Origin: Salpingoeca rosetta
Lineage: Eukaryota > Protista > Choanoflagellata
Assembly (NCBI GenBank): GCA_033442325.1
Contig: JAWQFM010000026.1
Location: forward strand, 1,003,093-1,067,092
Reading direction: 5' to 3'
DNA: 64,000 nt
Shown here: positions 39,880 to 52,480 of the stretch, one piece after another
Layout: each line of letters opens with the position of its first letter
Position numbering within the stretch: the first letter of the stretch is position 1
Program-made: the position numbers and the translations under genes
Notes under the pieces: model-generated
Seen by the model: only the letters and a program-made list of their open reading frames with translations
Databases searched by the model: none
Told to the model about the DNA's origin: nothing

Positions 39880-41975
39880 ACCACCGACTGGCCCCCCACT
39901 CACAGCGGATGAATTGCTCGTTTGTGAAGACACCACCGCAGCACGCCTCGACGACCACCACGACCTCTATACAACAACAAGCGCTCTCGCTGTGTTCGAG
40001 GTGTTCCTCAAGACCCCGCAACCTCTTTACCGCACCGTGAAACCATCGCAGGTCCACCCCGTTGTCAAGAGCGACAATCCAAATCAGCTGTCCGAAGTGG
40101 CACCGCTCTGGTGTGGCGCATTCAAGCTCCCAGGAGAAGCCAAGCACCCTCCCTATTTCCTGGACGGAGCCCACACCAGCGTGCGCGGCATGTCGCTTCG
40201 ACGCGACCTACCTGCCACAGACGCAGGCTTGAAGACAGTGACTGAGCCTGTTCAGCCCCACCCCACGAGCATAAAGGTTGCTCAAAGCTTGCGGTGACCG
40301 CTATGGCCCCACCACCCACTCCCTCTTCTGGCTATCTGCACACACCTGACTTATACCAAGACACGTTTGTGACGCCGGACGACGTGACGCGAGAGAGATC
40401 ACCGAAAGGCACGTCGAACAGGAAGGACGAGGTCACAAAGCGATCCATCTTCTTTGGCTTTGAACTGCCGATCAACACCGACCTGGGCGCCATCGGCGCT
40501 GCAGTTGTATTCGACAACAACGGCGAGGAAGGCCACTTCAGCCTTATCCCTTGGCCATCAGCGCCTGTCAGCGGCGCCATTTGGGGTGCTCAAGATCCTT
40601 TCAAGAATCGCCACATCTTCATTCGCGATCCCTCAGCACCACCCCCGACCCATCCTGAGTATTGGCCTCACAGGATCGGCCTTGATAAGTGCCACGTGTT
40701 TTCTTTCGTGGCAGCGAAGTTTCGCCTTCACAGCTGGATGTGGCTGCGAGCCAGTGCCATCCCAACCGACGATTATTATGTCGACCTGGACCGCCCCGAT
40801 GCAGACAGCGCCCGCACCCTGCTGCGAGGAGCACGAACCCTACTTGCACACTCCAGCCTGCTGTCTGATCCGCTTTGTGCATTGGAGAGCCTCGACGCGT
40901 TGTGCTCGGCGCACTTCTCGGCACACGACGCAGACCCGCATCACCTGGGTGTGCTGCACAAGGCGTTGAAGGAGATACAATCGAAGATTGACGTGGTGCA
41001 GCCAGATATTTCCGCAGCATTGGATGTACTGGCTGACTTCTTGCCACACCTGCAACTGGTCGTGCTCGGCATGACGGAGGAGACAATGAAGTCGACTCCG
41101 CCCTGACCGCTGCGACCGACAACTCATCTGTAAACAAGGCACCAAGGTACAGCTCACGGCGTGTGCAGCACACCGCGAGATCATGGCGTCCTCGACTCAT
41201 CAGGGCGGCGTTCAGCTTGTCAACCGAGAAAGCAGCCCGTTTTATCTCGCTGGCCAACTCAACCCGTCCTGGCGATGCACTCGTGACCCAAGACCTTCTC
41301 GACAAGCATGCGGGCAAGGTGTCTCCCTCCTGCCGGTTCCCAGTTTGTCGCGATGAGTTACCAAAGTGTCAGGGAATCTTGCAGCAGTGCAGCCTTGAGG
41401 TCTGCGTCTCCGACTTTGCTGACCGGTTCGATGCCGTGGACCAGGAGTTGCAGGACTTGGACGCCCAACGCCTACTCCTGGCAGTTGCCAGCGTGCACTT
41501 TGATCAACCCCAGCCCATACGCCCCGTGCTCGTCGAACCACGCCCTGATATGGTTCCGGTGCGCGAACCTCCTCAGTACAAGCCTGCTGTACGGGTCTTC
41601 ACACTGCAAGAGAGTTGCCGCAATGTGCGGTTCCTCGGAGACACCACACGGTCAGTGTCAAGGTTCTTGTGGCGCAAGGACGAGTCAGAGTGGCACAGTG
41701 AAAAGGCTTGTTTCCTTCTCAACACCATCAACGGCGGCAGCGGCATCGACCTCAGCAAGTTTCCTGAATTCAAAGACGCCCTGTCTGTGTCCTCTTCTCT
41801 TTCTCGTTACATCCAAGTTCGGCATGATGTGGCCGTGCCTACGGATGCTGTGCCCGCTGTCTTCTTGTTGTTCACTTGGTCCGAAGTGGCACAGCGGTTG
41901 GGCTCATCCCATGTGCTGCGCCTTTTCCGTGACAGTGGCTTTCGCGTCCAGCCCGGCCCAGTGCTGCGCGTGTGA
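39880..41975 (+). pseudogene. Intronless unknown coding region in three overlapping frames (frameshifted gene or mobile/viral relic)
   Basis: About 2.1 kb free of microsatellites, with complex globular-looking translations. ORFs end at 40297, 41106 and 41975, and each overlaps the next in the -1 frame. No family recognised. Confidence 0.45.
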
Positions 41976-42010
41976 GTGCCTTGTCAAGTTTGTGGATGGA
42001 GTTGCACTTC

Positions 42011-42119
<109 letters not shown>

Positions 42120-42440
42120 ATTTCGCAAGTTCTTGCTTCTTTCCCGCCTAATGTTCTTGCTTCTTTCCCGCCTAACACTGGCTACCGCCTTGCTTGCTTG
42201 CTCTGCCTTGCTTGCTTGCTCTCTTGCTTGCTTGCTGTGCACTTTCCGTTGCCTTGTATCTGTTCATTGACGTTGAAGCTGTTTCGCCGCTCCCTTTCGT
42301 TCCTCCACACAGTGCGCCTTGCGTGTCGGTGTGTGCTTGTGTCTGTGTGTGTCTGTGTGTCCGCCTTTGTCCGCCTGTGCCACCAACACAAATACACTGA
42401 ATTCAGTGTAGAAGCGAAGATGCACAAACCAAGCCAGTGA

Positions 42441-42512
<72 letters not shown>

Positions 42513-42678
42513 ATCATGAAACGAAACGGGGCCAGGTCACGGAGGGAAGACCGACAGCCATTGTGCGCACAAGAACAAACGCATCTGTTGATGACAAGTC
42601 GAACAACAACAACCACAACAACAACAACAGCAACAACAACAACTTAAACAACAACAAGAAGAACAACAACAACAACAA

Positions 42679-42714
<36 letters not shown>

Positions 42715-42906
42715 CACAGAGCAGTGGAACACAAGCGAGCGTCAAGGAAGGAAACCACAACTGGCGTGCGTGTAACAGAACAGTGGGTGATGGACGAAAT
42801 GTAACAACTGCACCACGGTGACAGGACTGGAGGAGAGAATAGAAGCCACAAAATGGACGGTGGTGAAAGAGAAGAAAGGGCGTGCCACGAGGCAAGTGGC
42901 CAAGAG

Positions 42907-44290
42907 CTAATACGCTGAGCTTGCGTCCACATAACACTTCATTGCCTCTCGCACCAGCTTGACTGCGTGGCCCACTCTCACACCCGCACCTTTCAACATT
43001 TGCATCGTGAGCAAATCCTCATGAACAGACACGACTAGCACCTCCAGGCAGTCGATGCCGTGCTCCACCAGGGCGGACTCGACGTGCGGCAGCAGCGAGT
43101 GGCGGTTGAGCCATTGAACGAGATCTGGCTCAAATGGCAATGAGGAGGACGAGGAGGAAGATGGGGTGGCGGGTGGCGGTGGAGCAGGAGTTGTCGCGGT
43201 GGTGGACGAGAGCGACAAGGAGGACTGCTGGATATGTGGGTGAAAGGGGTGGGTGAAACAGAGTGTGAACGCCAAGCTGCCAGGGATGCGCCTGCAGGCA
43301 TGGACGCGCGCACACACACACACATACACATACACACACACACACAAAAATACCATACCTGCGTGGATCGACGTGCTGTGCCTGCTTCCTGCGTTGTTTG
43401 TTCGTCGCTTCTGGCAGAGACGGCAACCTGGCGCACCTTCTCTGCAATGTCGCGCAGCTGTGACGTGCGGTCCACAACAGCATTCAAAGCAACCACCGCG
43501 TCAATGTCAAACAGTGACAACACAGTCTCACGTACACTCTTGTGCTGCTGTGGCGGTGGCAAGTGTAGCACCTGCGTGAAATACTGGTCCAGCGCTACGG
43601 CTGTCTCCTTGCTTACAACATCTGGCAACGTCATCGCCAGCCGCTTCAGGCGGTCAAACGAGTCGTACTCGCTCACCTCGGCCCTGCTCATGCTGCTGCT
43701 ATCGTTCACATTGTGCCACGCGCTGCCAACAATCACGGGCACGACACGGCGAAGGCGGATCTTGGCGTGTTGCTGCTCCTCGTCTTCTTCGTGCGCCCGC
43801 TGGAACTCGTGCAGCGCCAGCATCGTCATCCACTCCAGCAGCACGTTGTCGCAGTAGTCGCTGTGCTGCAGCTGCCTCATCTGCATGATGGTGGCAGCAG
43901 ACGCGATGGGGCACGCCACCAGACTCAGCCCAATCGCCGTCATGAACGACAACTTGAAGTTGAGGCCCGTCTCCAGGTTGTTGGCGTCCAGGAACGCCAC
44001 CAGGTTGCGCTGCTCCAAGCGCGGATGCAGCGCCATCACCAGCCCACTGCTGGCGCGTTGCCTGTTGTGGTTGCGGGAGAGGGGGGGGGGGGGGGTTGAA
44101 AAAGGTCGTGATGAGATAACGGTAAACTGCATGCATTAGTTGTGGCGAGTTGGTGGAGGTGACAGACACGTACTGGCACAAACACACACACACACACACA
44201 CGCACACACGCACACGCACACACACGCACACGCACACGCTTGCACACGCTCACACGCACACACTTGCACACGCACACACGCACACACGCA

Positions 44291-44383
<93 letters not shown>

Positions 44384-47300
44384 CTCACCTGTAGCTGATG
44401 AAGACGTCGTACTTGTCCTGCAGGCCGAGTACGGGCAAGAGAGGGCCATACTTGGCGACAAGGTCATCGGGCGGCAGCAGCTGCTCGTCCACCCACATGT
44501 CCTGCTTGCTCTTGTGGTGGTGCAGCACATCCTCGAAGAACAGCAGCGTCTTGTCGTCGTACGGCAACAACAGGCTGCTCTTCAGCTCGGGATAGCGCTC
44601 TCTGGCGGCCTCGCTAATCATCTTGTGCAGCATATGCAGCATGGCGCGTGGCTGCGCACTCGTGATCTTCATCTTGATGCCGCCAACAGCCGGCACAAGC
44701 TGCAACTCAAGCTTGGTCGACTCCATGAAGCAGATGGCGTGGGTGCGACTCAGCTTGGGCTGCTGCGATGCGCCGTGCTGTGCATGCGTCATCACATGCG
44801 CTAACACCACCGTAAACAGGCCCTCTGGCAGGAAAGACGCATGCTGTGCGTCTTCAACACGCACGCTCGCCTCTGTCTTGAACTGCTTCAGGCGAAAGGT
44901 GACATACGCCGTCTTCTCCTCAAACCCAAGATATGGATTGACCTGCTGTGCTGCTGTCGTGCTCAGAGTGACAGATTCCATCGTGCTGCTGCTGTGGCGG
45001 ATCGTCATCGGCAGGATGGCTGGGACCAGGTATTGCTGCTGCTGGTGCTGCTGGCGTTGGTGTGCGTCATTGCCCTTGCTCACACCATCGTTGTCACCGT
45101 GGCCGGAGTTGGTGCGGGCGAGCGCTCTGCGGCTGTCCACCAGCTTGGGTGATGCATACTCAATGCACAGCCCATATTGCATCATGAGGCGCAGGAACGG
45201 GTCAACCAAGTTGCTGTCCACGTCTCTCCACAACACCTCCAGCAGACGACGGTGCAGGATGCCGCGGTCGACAAGGTCGTCCCACACGCTGGCGCCAAGT
45301 GCCCGCACCTCCGGCCCCTGCACATCGTCGTCGTGCAGGCCAAACGTGCGGATAACGCGCGTCATCGTGTCCACCGCCCACTGCGGGCTCAGGATCACAT
45401 AGGCCTCCATGCCTGGCACACTGTCGTAGTAGAGCACCATGGAGTACAAGTGCAGGAACTGGAGGCAGGCTCTCGTCTCCTCACGTGTGCGCAGCCCACA
45501 GGTGCGCGCAATCTGGACCACCTCGTCAAACGTGAGCAGCGGCCGTTTCTCGTCGCGGGCAATGGCGTTGAGCTTGTCGTAGAGGTGGAGGTAGGGTACA
45601 GCGACCTCCTGGCTCACGTACTCCTGCGCTAAGGCTGTGGAGGAGATGGTCTGGCGCAGGTCCTGGATCATGGGGTCGCCGATGGACTTGGTGTTGTCGA
45701 CGGGCCAGAACCACAGCTTGTGCTTGCTGTTGTACACAACAGAAGCGAAGGCCGGGTTGTGGCGCAGGCGGCTGTGGATGTCACGCGAGATCTGCTCATG
45801 TTGCTTCCGCTGACTGACCACATCAGCGAAGGTGCCGACGATGAGGACGGGCGCGCCTTTTGCATGGAGGTGGAGAGAAGACAACCAGTGCTCCATAAAC
45901 TCCCACGCCTCTGTCCGCTTGCTCTCGTCTTGGTGCAGCAGGTCCTCCATCGAGAACACCAGCAGGTACACCGCGTACCTGTTGGGGGGATGTTGGGAGT
46001 AAAAGGGTGGGGATGAGAAGGGTAAGGGTTTGGGGGGGGTAGCACTCACACACACGTAGCACNNNNNNNNNNNNNNNNNNNNNNNNNNNNNNNNNNNNNN
46101 NNNNNNNNNNNNNNNNNNNNNNNNNNNNNNNNNNNNNNNNNNNNNNNNNNNNNNNNNNNNNNACACACACACACATACACACACACACACGCACGCACAC
46201 ACACACATACACAGCGACTCACTCTGTGAGGAAGAAAGGGTGGAAGATGTAGAAGGTGGACTGACCGCCCAGGTCAAAGATCTTGAAGGAGACCTGCATC
46301 TTGCCTTCGCCAATTGTCGCATCAAAGTCCATGTCCTTGATTGCCTTCTCCACCTCCTCCTTCGAAACGGATGGTGTGGTCACGGCAACGACGTCAGCAT
46401 TGTCGTCACCAACGTCGGCGTGGCTGGAAGCTGGGTGCTGCTCCTTTGCTGCAGGCGTTGCTTTGGAGGCATCACGACCTGCAGCAGGTGCAGGCACGGC
46501 TGCGGTGGACGCCTTGTCGGATGATGGAGCGGAAGTTGTGGTTGTGCGACGGTCCTTCTTGCACTGCTTCTTGTCATCCGTCCTGGCCTGCTTCTTGGCC
46601 TGCTTCTTGGCCTCCTCGTGCTGTTGCTCGGTAACACGGGTGGCGTGCTGCGCCCGTGCCTTTGCTGACGCGCGCTTCAGCTCCTCGTCCACGCCGGCCT
46701 CGCGTGCCATCGCCGTGCCAACGAGACTGCGGATGAACTCGGACGTGCTCTGGTCGCTCTCCTGCACGAGATGTGGAAGGGTGGGTGTTTGTGAGTGTTG
46801 GTGAACAATGACATAAGGTGGTGATTGATCGAATGATGGTGGAAGCAGGTGTTGGTACAAGGTGGATGCACATATCACACACACACACATACACACACAC
46901 ACCGACAGACAACACACACGCACACACACCGACAGACGACACACACACACACACACACACAATCACGTGCACATACACGCAACTAAACGTACCTTCCAGT
47001 CGCACACTTCCATGGTGTGGACGGTGACTCTCATGTCATCGGTGGTGCGCCGAGCGTGAAGTGCTGCTGCTTGTGAACGGCTTACCCCTGAGCGAGTTCA
47101 CAAGCGTCGTCTTGCCNNNNNNNNNNNNNNNNNNNNNNNNNNNNNNNNNNNNNNNNNNNNNNNNNNNNNNNNNNNNNNNNNNNNNNNNNNNNNNNNNNNN
47201 NNNNNNNNNNNNNNNNNNNNNNNNNNNNNNNNNNNNNNNNNNNNNNNNNNNNNNNNNNNNNNNNNNNNNNNNNNNNNNNNNNNNNNNNNNNNNNNNNNNN

Positions 47301-49699
47301 NNNNNNNNTAAGGCGGATGCGGCAGTTGCCTTTTTACAAGGTGAAAAAAAGTCTGAAGTGGTACAGCAGTGCAAACGACAATGGGTTTCCTGTGCACGTA
47401 CATGCTCTGTATCTGGTGTGTCTGAAGCTGTCATGTCCGCCTGCTGCTGCTCTTGCTTTGGTTGTTGCTGTTGTTGCTGTGGTTGTTGCTGGGGTTTGCT
47501 GTCTGGGTCGAGCCCTGGGATACTGGTGATGGCGTGGAAATTGCGTTTCTGCGCCACCATGAATGGTGTTCCACCCTGTGGATGTTGGATGCGGACAGAG
47601 TGAGCGAGCACAGAAGCAGTGCACGTTGAAAAGAGGCGCGGTTGTGCAATAAAGGCGTCGCACCCACGGCACATGCGCGCGTACCCTGATGTTCTTGACG
47701 GCAGTGTCTGCGCCCTTCTTCAGGAGCAGCTCCACGACGGCGGGCTGGTTGTGCCTGCAGGCAACGTGCAGCGGCGTGTCGCCCTGTGTTTGGGTGGGGG
47801 GGGCAGGAAGGGGCATGGCACGTGTGGTGAGGATCTGTTGAAAACGAACACACGGCCGGTGCAACCATGAGCGAGCGCCGTTCACATACAAGCACAACAC
47901 ACACATGATGAACATACCCGCTTGTCCTGTTGGTTGATGTCTGCATTGTCCTGCTCCATGAGGGAGGTGACAACGGAAGCGTCGCCATCCCTGCAGGCGG
48001 CAAACAGTTGCTCATGCTGCCGCTTCTTCTCCTCGCGTGCTTCGTTAAAGGCGGCCTTGCCCTCATCGTCGTACGCCCTGTGGTAACACGCGACATTGGA
48101 CGCAAGCATCACGCAGCAAGTGTGCGTGAGGTGAAGGGTCGAGAGAAGGCAGGAAGCAAGCGACTAGAGTGGAAGCACGCGTTGACTGACCAATCTGTGT
48201 CGAGTTTTCGGTCGACGGGCAGCGCGGCACCAAAGGCGCGGGCGGTGGCGGTGGAGTTCTTGTTGATCCTAAACGAGGACACGTGGTGGTAGCGTGTGGT
48301 TGGGAACAGGCAGCAAGTGCGGTGCGTGCGTCAGGAGGGTTGGTGGTTAGGGTTGTGGAGAAATGCAAGCAAGCAGAGAGGAACACACACAGTGTGGCGT
48401 GCACTCAAAAGAGTGGCGATTGGTCACACAAATCCACAACAGGACACAGGCGTTCATGAGGCAGGCGCAACGCAATCGACGTACTCAAGCCGAGACAGCG
48501 TGCGGTTTTGGTCCAGTGCGGCACCCAGGGCCGCACCGCCAACCGGGGTGATGGAGTTGTTATACAAGCTGCAAGTGGCAAGAAATGCATGTTGGAAGAG
48601 CAGGGGAACGGGTGGGCAAGCAACACGTGTCAGTGTCATGGATAAAAGTGGGTTGCAGATGGATCACGTGCACGCGTACTCGCTCGCACATCAGGTCCTA
48701 CGACTTTTAAGGCACAATGGCGGAAGCAAAGGGGGCAAATGCAAATTGCACAGGATGTGGCAGCACTTGTGGCACATATGAAGGATGGAAGCATTTGTTG
48801 GTCAAACAAGCAAGTCGCACAGACATCGTGGGTGGCTTGCGGTGCCTCCATCTGCACACGGGTATTGCGGAAGAAGCGCCTAAAGACACACATTGCAAAG
48901 AGGAGCTTCCACTCACTCGAGTGCTGTGAGGGTCGTGTTGTGCTTCAGCATCTCCGCCAACGCCACAGCGCCCTCAGGACCGATGCGGTTGCCTCCCAGG
49001 CTGTCAAGATGGTATGATGCCACACAGGGCGATGATGCCACATGGATGAGGAAGAGTGAGTGAGTGCGTGATGATGCTCGCTGTGGGTGGCAACACAGTC
49101 GTTGAACCCCACCCCATCAACCACACATGTGCGCATGATAAGGTGGAACGGCAGTGACGCAGCATACATGTGCATGTGTGCGTGTACACACTCACCTGAG
49201 TTCTTCGAGGGTCGTGTTGTGCTTCAGCATCTCCGCCAACGCCGCGCCCTCATCGCCGATGGAATTCCATCGCAGGCTGTGCAGACACACAAGAAACGCA
49301 GGGAGCGAAGGTGAACACACGTCCAAACATGCGCCAGCAGGAGAGGAAAGGGGTGCAACATGCAACACCGCCATCCCAATCAACCATGCATATCACACGA
49401 TGCAGATTCATCATCACCACGCACCTGAGTGCTTTGAGGCAGGTGTTGTCCTTGAGCGCCTCGGCCACCGCACGCGCCCCAATGGCGCCGAGGCCAGCAT
49501 TGAAGAAGCTGCAATTCCAAATGGTGTGTGTCATGAAATGAGCAAGAAGAATGAGGATCAAGAGAGCAAAAACGTGAGGGTGCCAGTCACACCCTGCCAC
49601 AAACACACACAGTGTGTCCAGGCGGTGCGAGGGGACGCGCACACGTAAACACCCAACAGCAAGCCACACCAAGCTCATTGCAACACAAGGACAAGCCAA

Positions 49700-49792
<93 letters not shown>

Positions 49793-50014
49793 CAGCACAA
49801 GCACAACCACAAGAAGTGGCCTTGGTGTCCAACACATGCATGCATGTTCCAACACGTCGTTTTGGTTGCTTTTCCACTCAGGCACTCACTGTATTCTATC
49901 CCCACACGTGTTGTTGGCGATGGCCCTGATCTTGTCCTTCACCCCATCCTTCAGCTTCGTCTGCGCCAGCAACGCCTCCACCTCCTCCCTCGCTCTCTTC
50001 TCTCCGCCGGACAT
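42907..50014 (-). CDS. Roco protein: RI/NLRC3-type LRRs, ankyrin repeats, Roc GTPase, COR, TIR, SAM-like domain
   Basis: ATG at 50014 ([16 protein letters not shown]). LRR exons such as [55 protein letters not shown]. Roc motifs [28 protein letters not shown]|EYAVYLLVF and [73 protein letters not shown]-like [33 protein letters not shown]. Stop at 42907-42909. Confidence 0.9.
46063..46162. other. Assembly gap (inside a Roco intron)
   Basis: N run. Confidence 1.
47117..47308. other. Assembly gap hiding the start of the Roc P-loop
   Basis: N run immediately before GKTT on the minus strand. Confidence 1.
49702..49790. repeat. (AG)n microsatellite in Roco intron 1
   Basis: Direct reading. Confidence 0.95.
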
Positions 50015-50543
50015 GGCGACAGCGCGTCGTCTTTTCTCCTTGTGGCTTGTTGTGACGTGTTTGTGAGCGGCTGGCTGGAAGAAGACGACGACAAAATGGA
50101 CGACAACTCAACGCGCTGCTTTGTTTGTTTTCATTTGTTTTGTGTGTGTGTTGTTGTTTTGCGACTCAGCCATTGGACGATTCGCAAAACCTTGCAGAGG
50201 TTATCCGCACAGCAGCGCTTCGGTGGAAGACCATCTCTTCGAGCCCTCGTTCCTGACGGAACACAACAAACAAACAGGATGAAGTGCCTCCAGCCAACCA
50301 GCAGCAACGCAACTCGCTTTGTCGCGCCGAAAGGAACAACAGCCGCTCCCTCCCAGCTTCTTTTGGTCTTGCCTGGTCGGTACAATACACCAATGTCTGT
50401 AGCCACATCAACACCACAAACATCACCGCCGCTCCACCATCACCACCGTCAAGCGGGTCTCATCATCTTCATCGAGCCATTTACTGAGGAAAGAACAGGT
50501 CCGCCACACAATCCAAAACAACGCTCCCCAGTCCAACACACAT

Positions 50544-50600
<57 letters not shown>

Positions 50601-50997
50601 GCCCACACGCAACAGGAAGCCAAGCCAACCAAACAACAGCCAACCCCTCTGCACATCAAACAACACCCTCCAGTCGCAAGCCAGAATCAAATACGCACAG
50701 CAGCAGCAGCAGCACACATCCACCAAACACACCAAAACGTGTTCAGCCGTACACAGCGCCATACAATGAAAACAACAGGCAAGCACAGGAAGGGCGTGAC
50801 ATAAGCAAGCAAGCAAGCAGGCGAGAGGGAGAGTGAAGGAAGGGAAGAAGAGAAGAGAAGAGAAGAGAAGAGAAGAGAAGAGAAGAGAAGAGAAGAGAAG
50901 AAACGGAAACAAGAGGAATGCGACAAAGGAATCAACAGACATTCAGCCATTCGTTCAACTGGTGCACAAGTTGACACGACACATCACAACATGGCGA

Positions 50998-51816
50998 CTA
51001 TGCGGACGAGCCAAGCGCCTTAACAGCGCGCTGCACGCGGGCGTGCACCTCAGGATCCTGCATCAACTGCCCCACCACCCCGTGGGCAGGCGAATCCTGC
51101 ATGTTCTACGAGAGGAAACGACATGAGGGCGTGAGAATGAGGAGAGGAAGGAGGAGGAGGAGGAGGAGGAGGAGGAGGAGGATGGGAAAGTACACGAAGT
51201 ACACGACAGTCGCGCATATTCGAGGCAGCAAACACACACACACACACACATCACATAAATCACACACAACACAACCCACGCACCATGAGGCTGTGTACAT
51301 GCCCTGGCAGTGGGGCTCGTCGACGGCGGCCGCCGGGGTGCCAATCATCTGCACAAACAAACGCCCGCACAATCTTCACCGGGCTCTCAGGCGCGGTCAC
51401 GCGTGGATCTTGCCTACAGAAGCAACAACAAAAGGAAGGAGAGGGAGGTACAGGAAGCAATGAGGAGGGGGACGGGAGAGTCAGTCGGGAACAAGAACGA
51501 CAGGCGACAGAGCACACCACCGACACATGCAGCACGACCAGGCCATGCACACACACATAGACACACACACACACTCACACACAAAACACAGTGGTAGCAC
51601 TCACGCTTAAAAGAGCTCGACGAGGTATGTGTAGATGCACTTTGCTTCATCGTCGTCTTCTGTAATGGGCAGCCAGTCAAGCAGATGCGTCAGCATCTCG
51701 TCTGTGCAAGGGTTGGTAGTAGATGGGTGGATGAGGAGGTCAAGAATAAGCGACGAAAACGTGACAACAAGAGCAAACAACCAAAGCAAAAAGGACGGCG
51801 AAGAAGGAGTGTAGCA

Positions 51817-51892
<76 letters not shown>

Positions 51893-52135
51893 TTGAGAGG
51901 CCGTGTGCTGGGTTGCGTGCAATCTTGACAAAGACGGAGATGCAGTTCTCGGTCGCGCTGGTGTTGGGCGATTCGCGGGAGCCGGGCACCCTGGATCACA
52001 GCGAGCAGCGACTCAACAGCCTGAACGCGGCAGGACGACAAGGGGCAGCGGTGAGGCTTGGCAGGACGACAAGGGGCAGCGGTGAGGCTTGGCAAGGCGA
52101 AAGTGGAGAAAGGAGGGAAACGACGAAGCGACATG

Positions 52136-52224
<89 letters not shown>

Positions 52225-52480
52225 CCTTGAGCGCACCTTGTGTGGATGTATGTGGGTTGTGGATCCTCCTCCTCAATCTGGGCGGCGCTGGCTTGCATAA
52301 TGCACATGAGCTCGTGTGCATCCGGCGCAAACATGTTCTTGCAAACAAACACGCCCACAGGCCGCGCAGCATGCGGTATTGCCTGTCGTTTGCGTGTTGG
52401 AGAATGTTCTTCATAAACGGCACAGAATCGTTGTCGTAGTCCAAAAACCGCTCCTGCGCCACGTTGGCCAGCACATGCGT
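50998..52480 (-). pseudogene. Importin-5 (karyopherin beta-3/IPO5)-like pseudogene fragments
   Basis: Matches PFMKNILQHANDRQYRMLRG, MFAPDAHELM..EEEDPQPTY, ATENCISVFVKI and LLDWLPITEDDDEAKCIYTYLVEL. Frameshifts at about 52360, 51990 and 51355, and large parts of the protein are absent. Weaker remnants may extend to about 54060. Confidence 0.75.

Noticed and set aside
42536-42775. Asn/Ser-rich ORF
   Set aside because: (AAC)n/(AGC)n microsatellite downstream of the Roco gene with no other coding signal.
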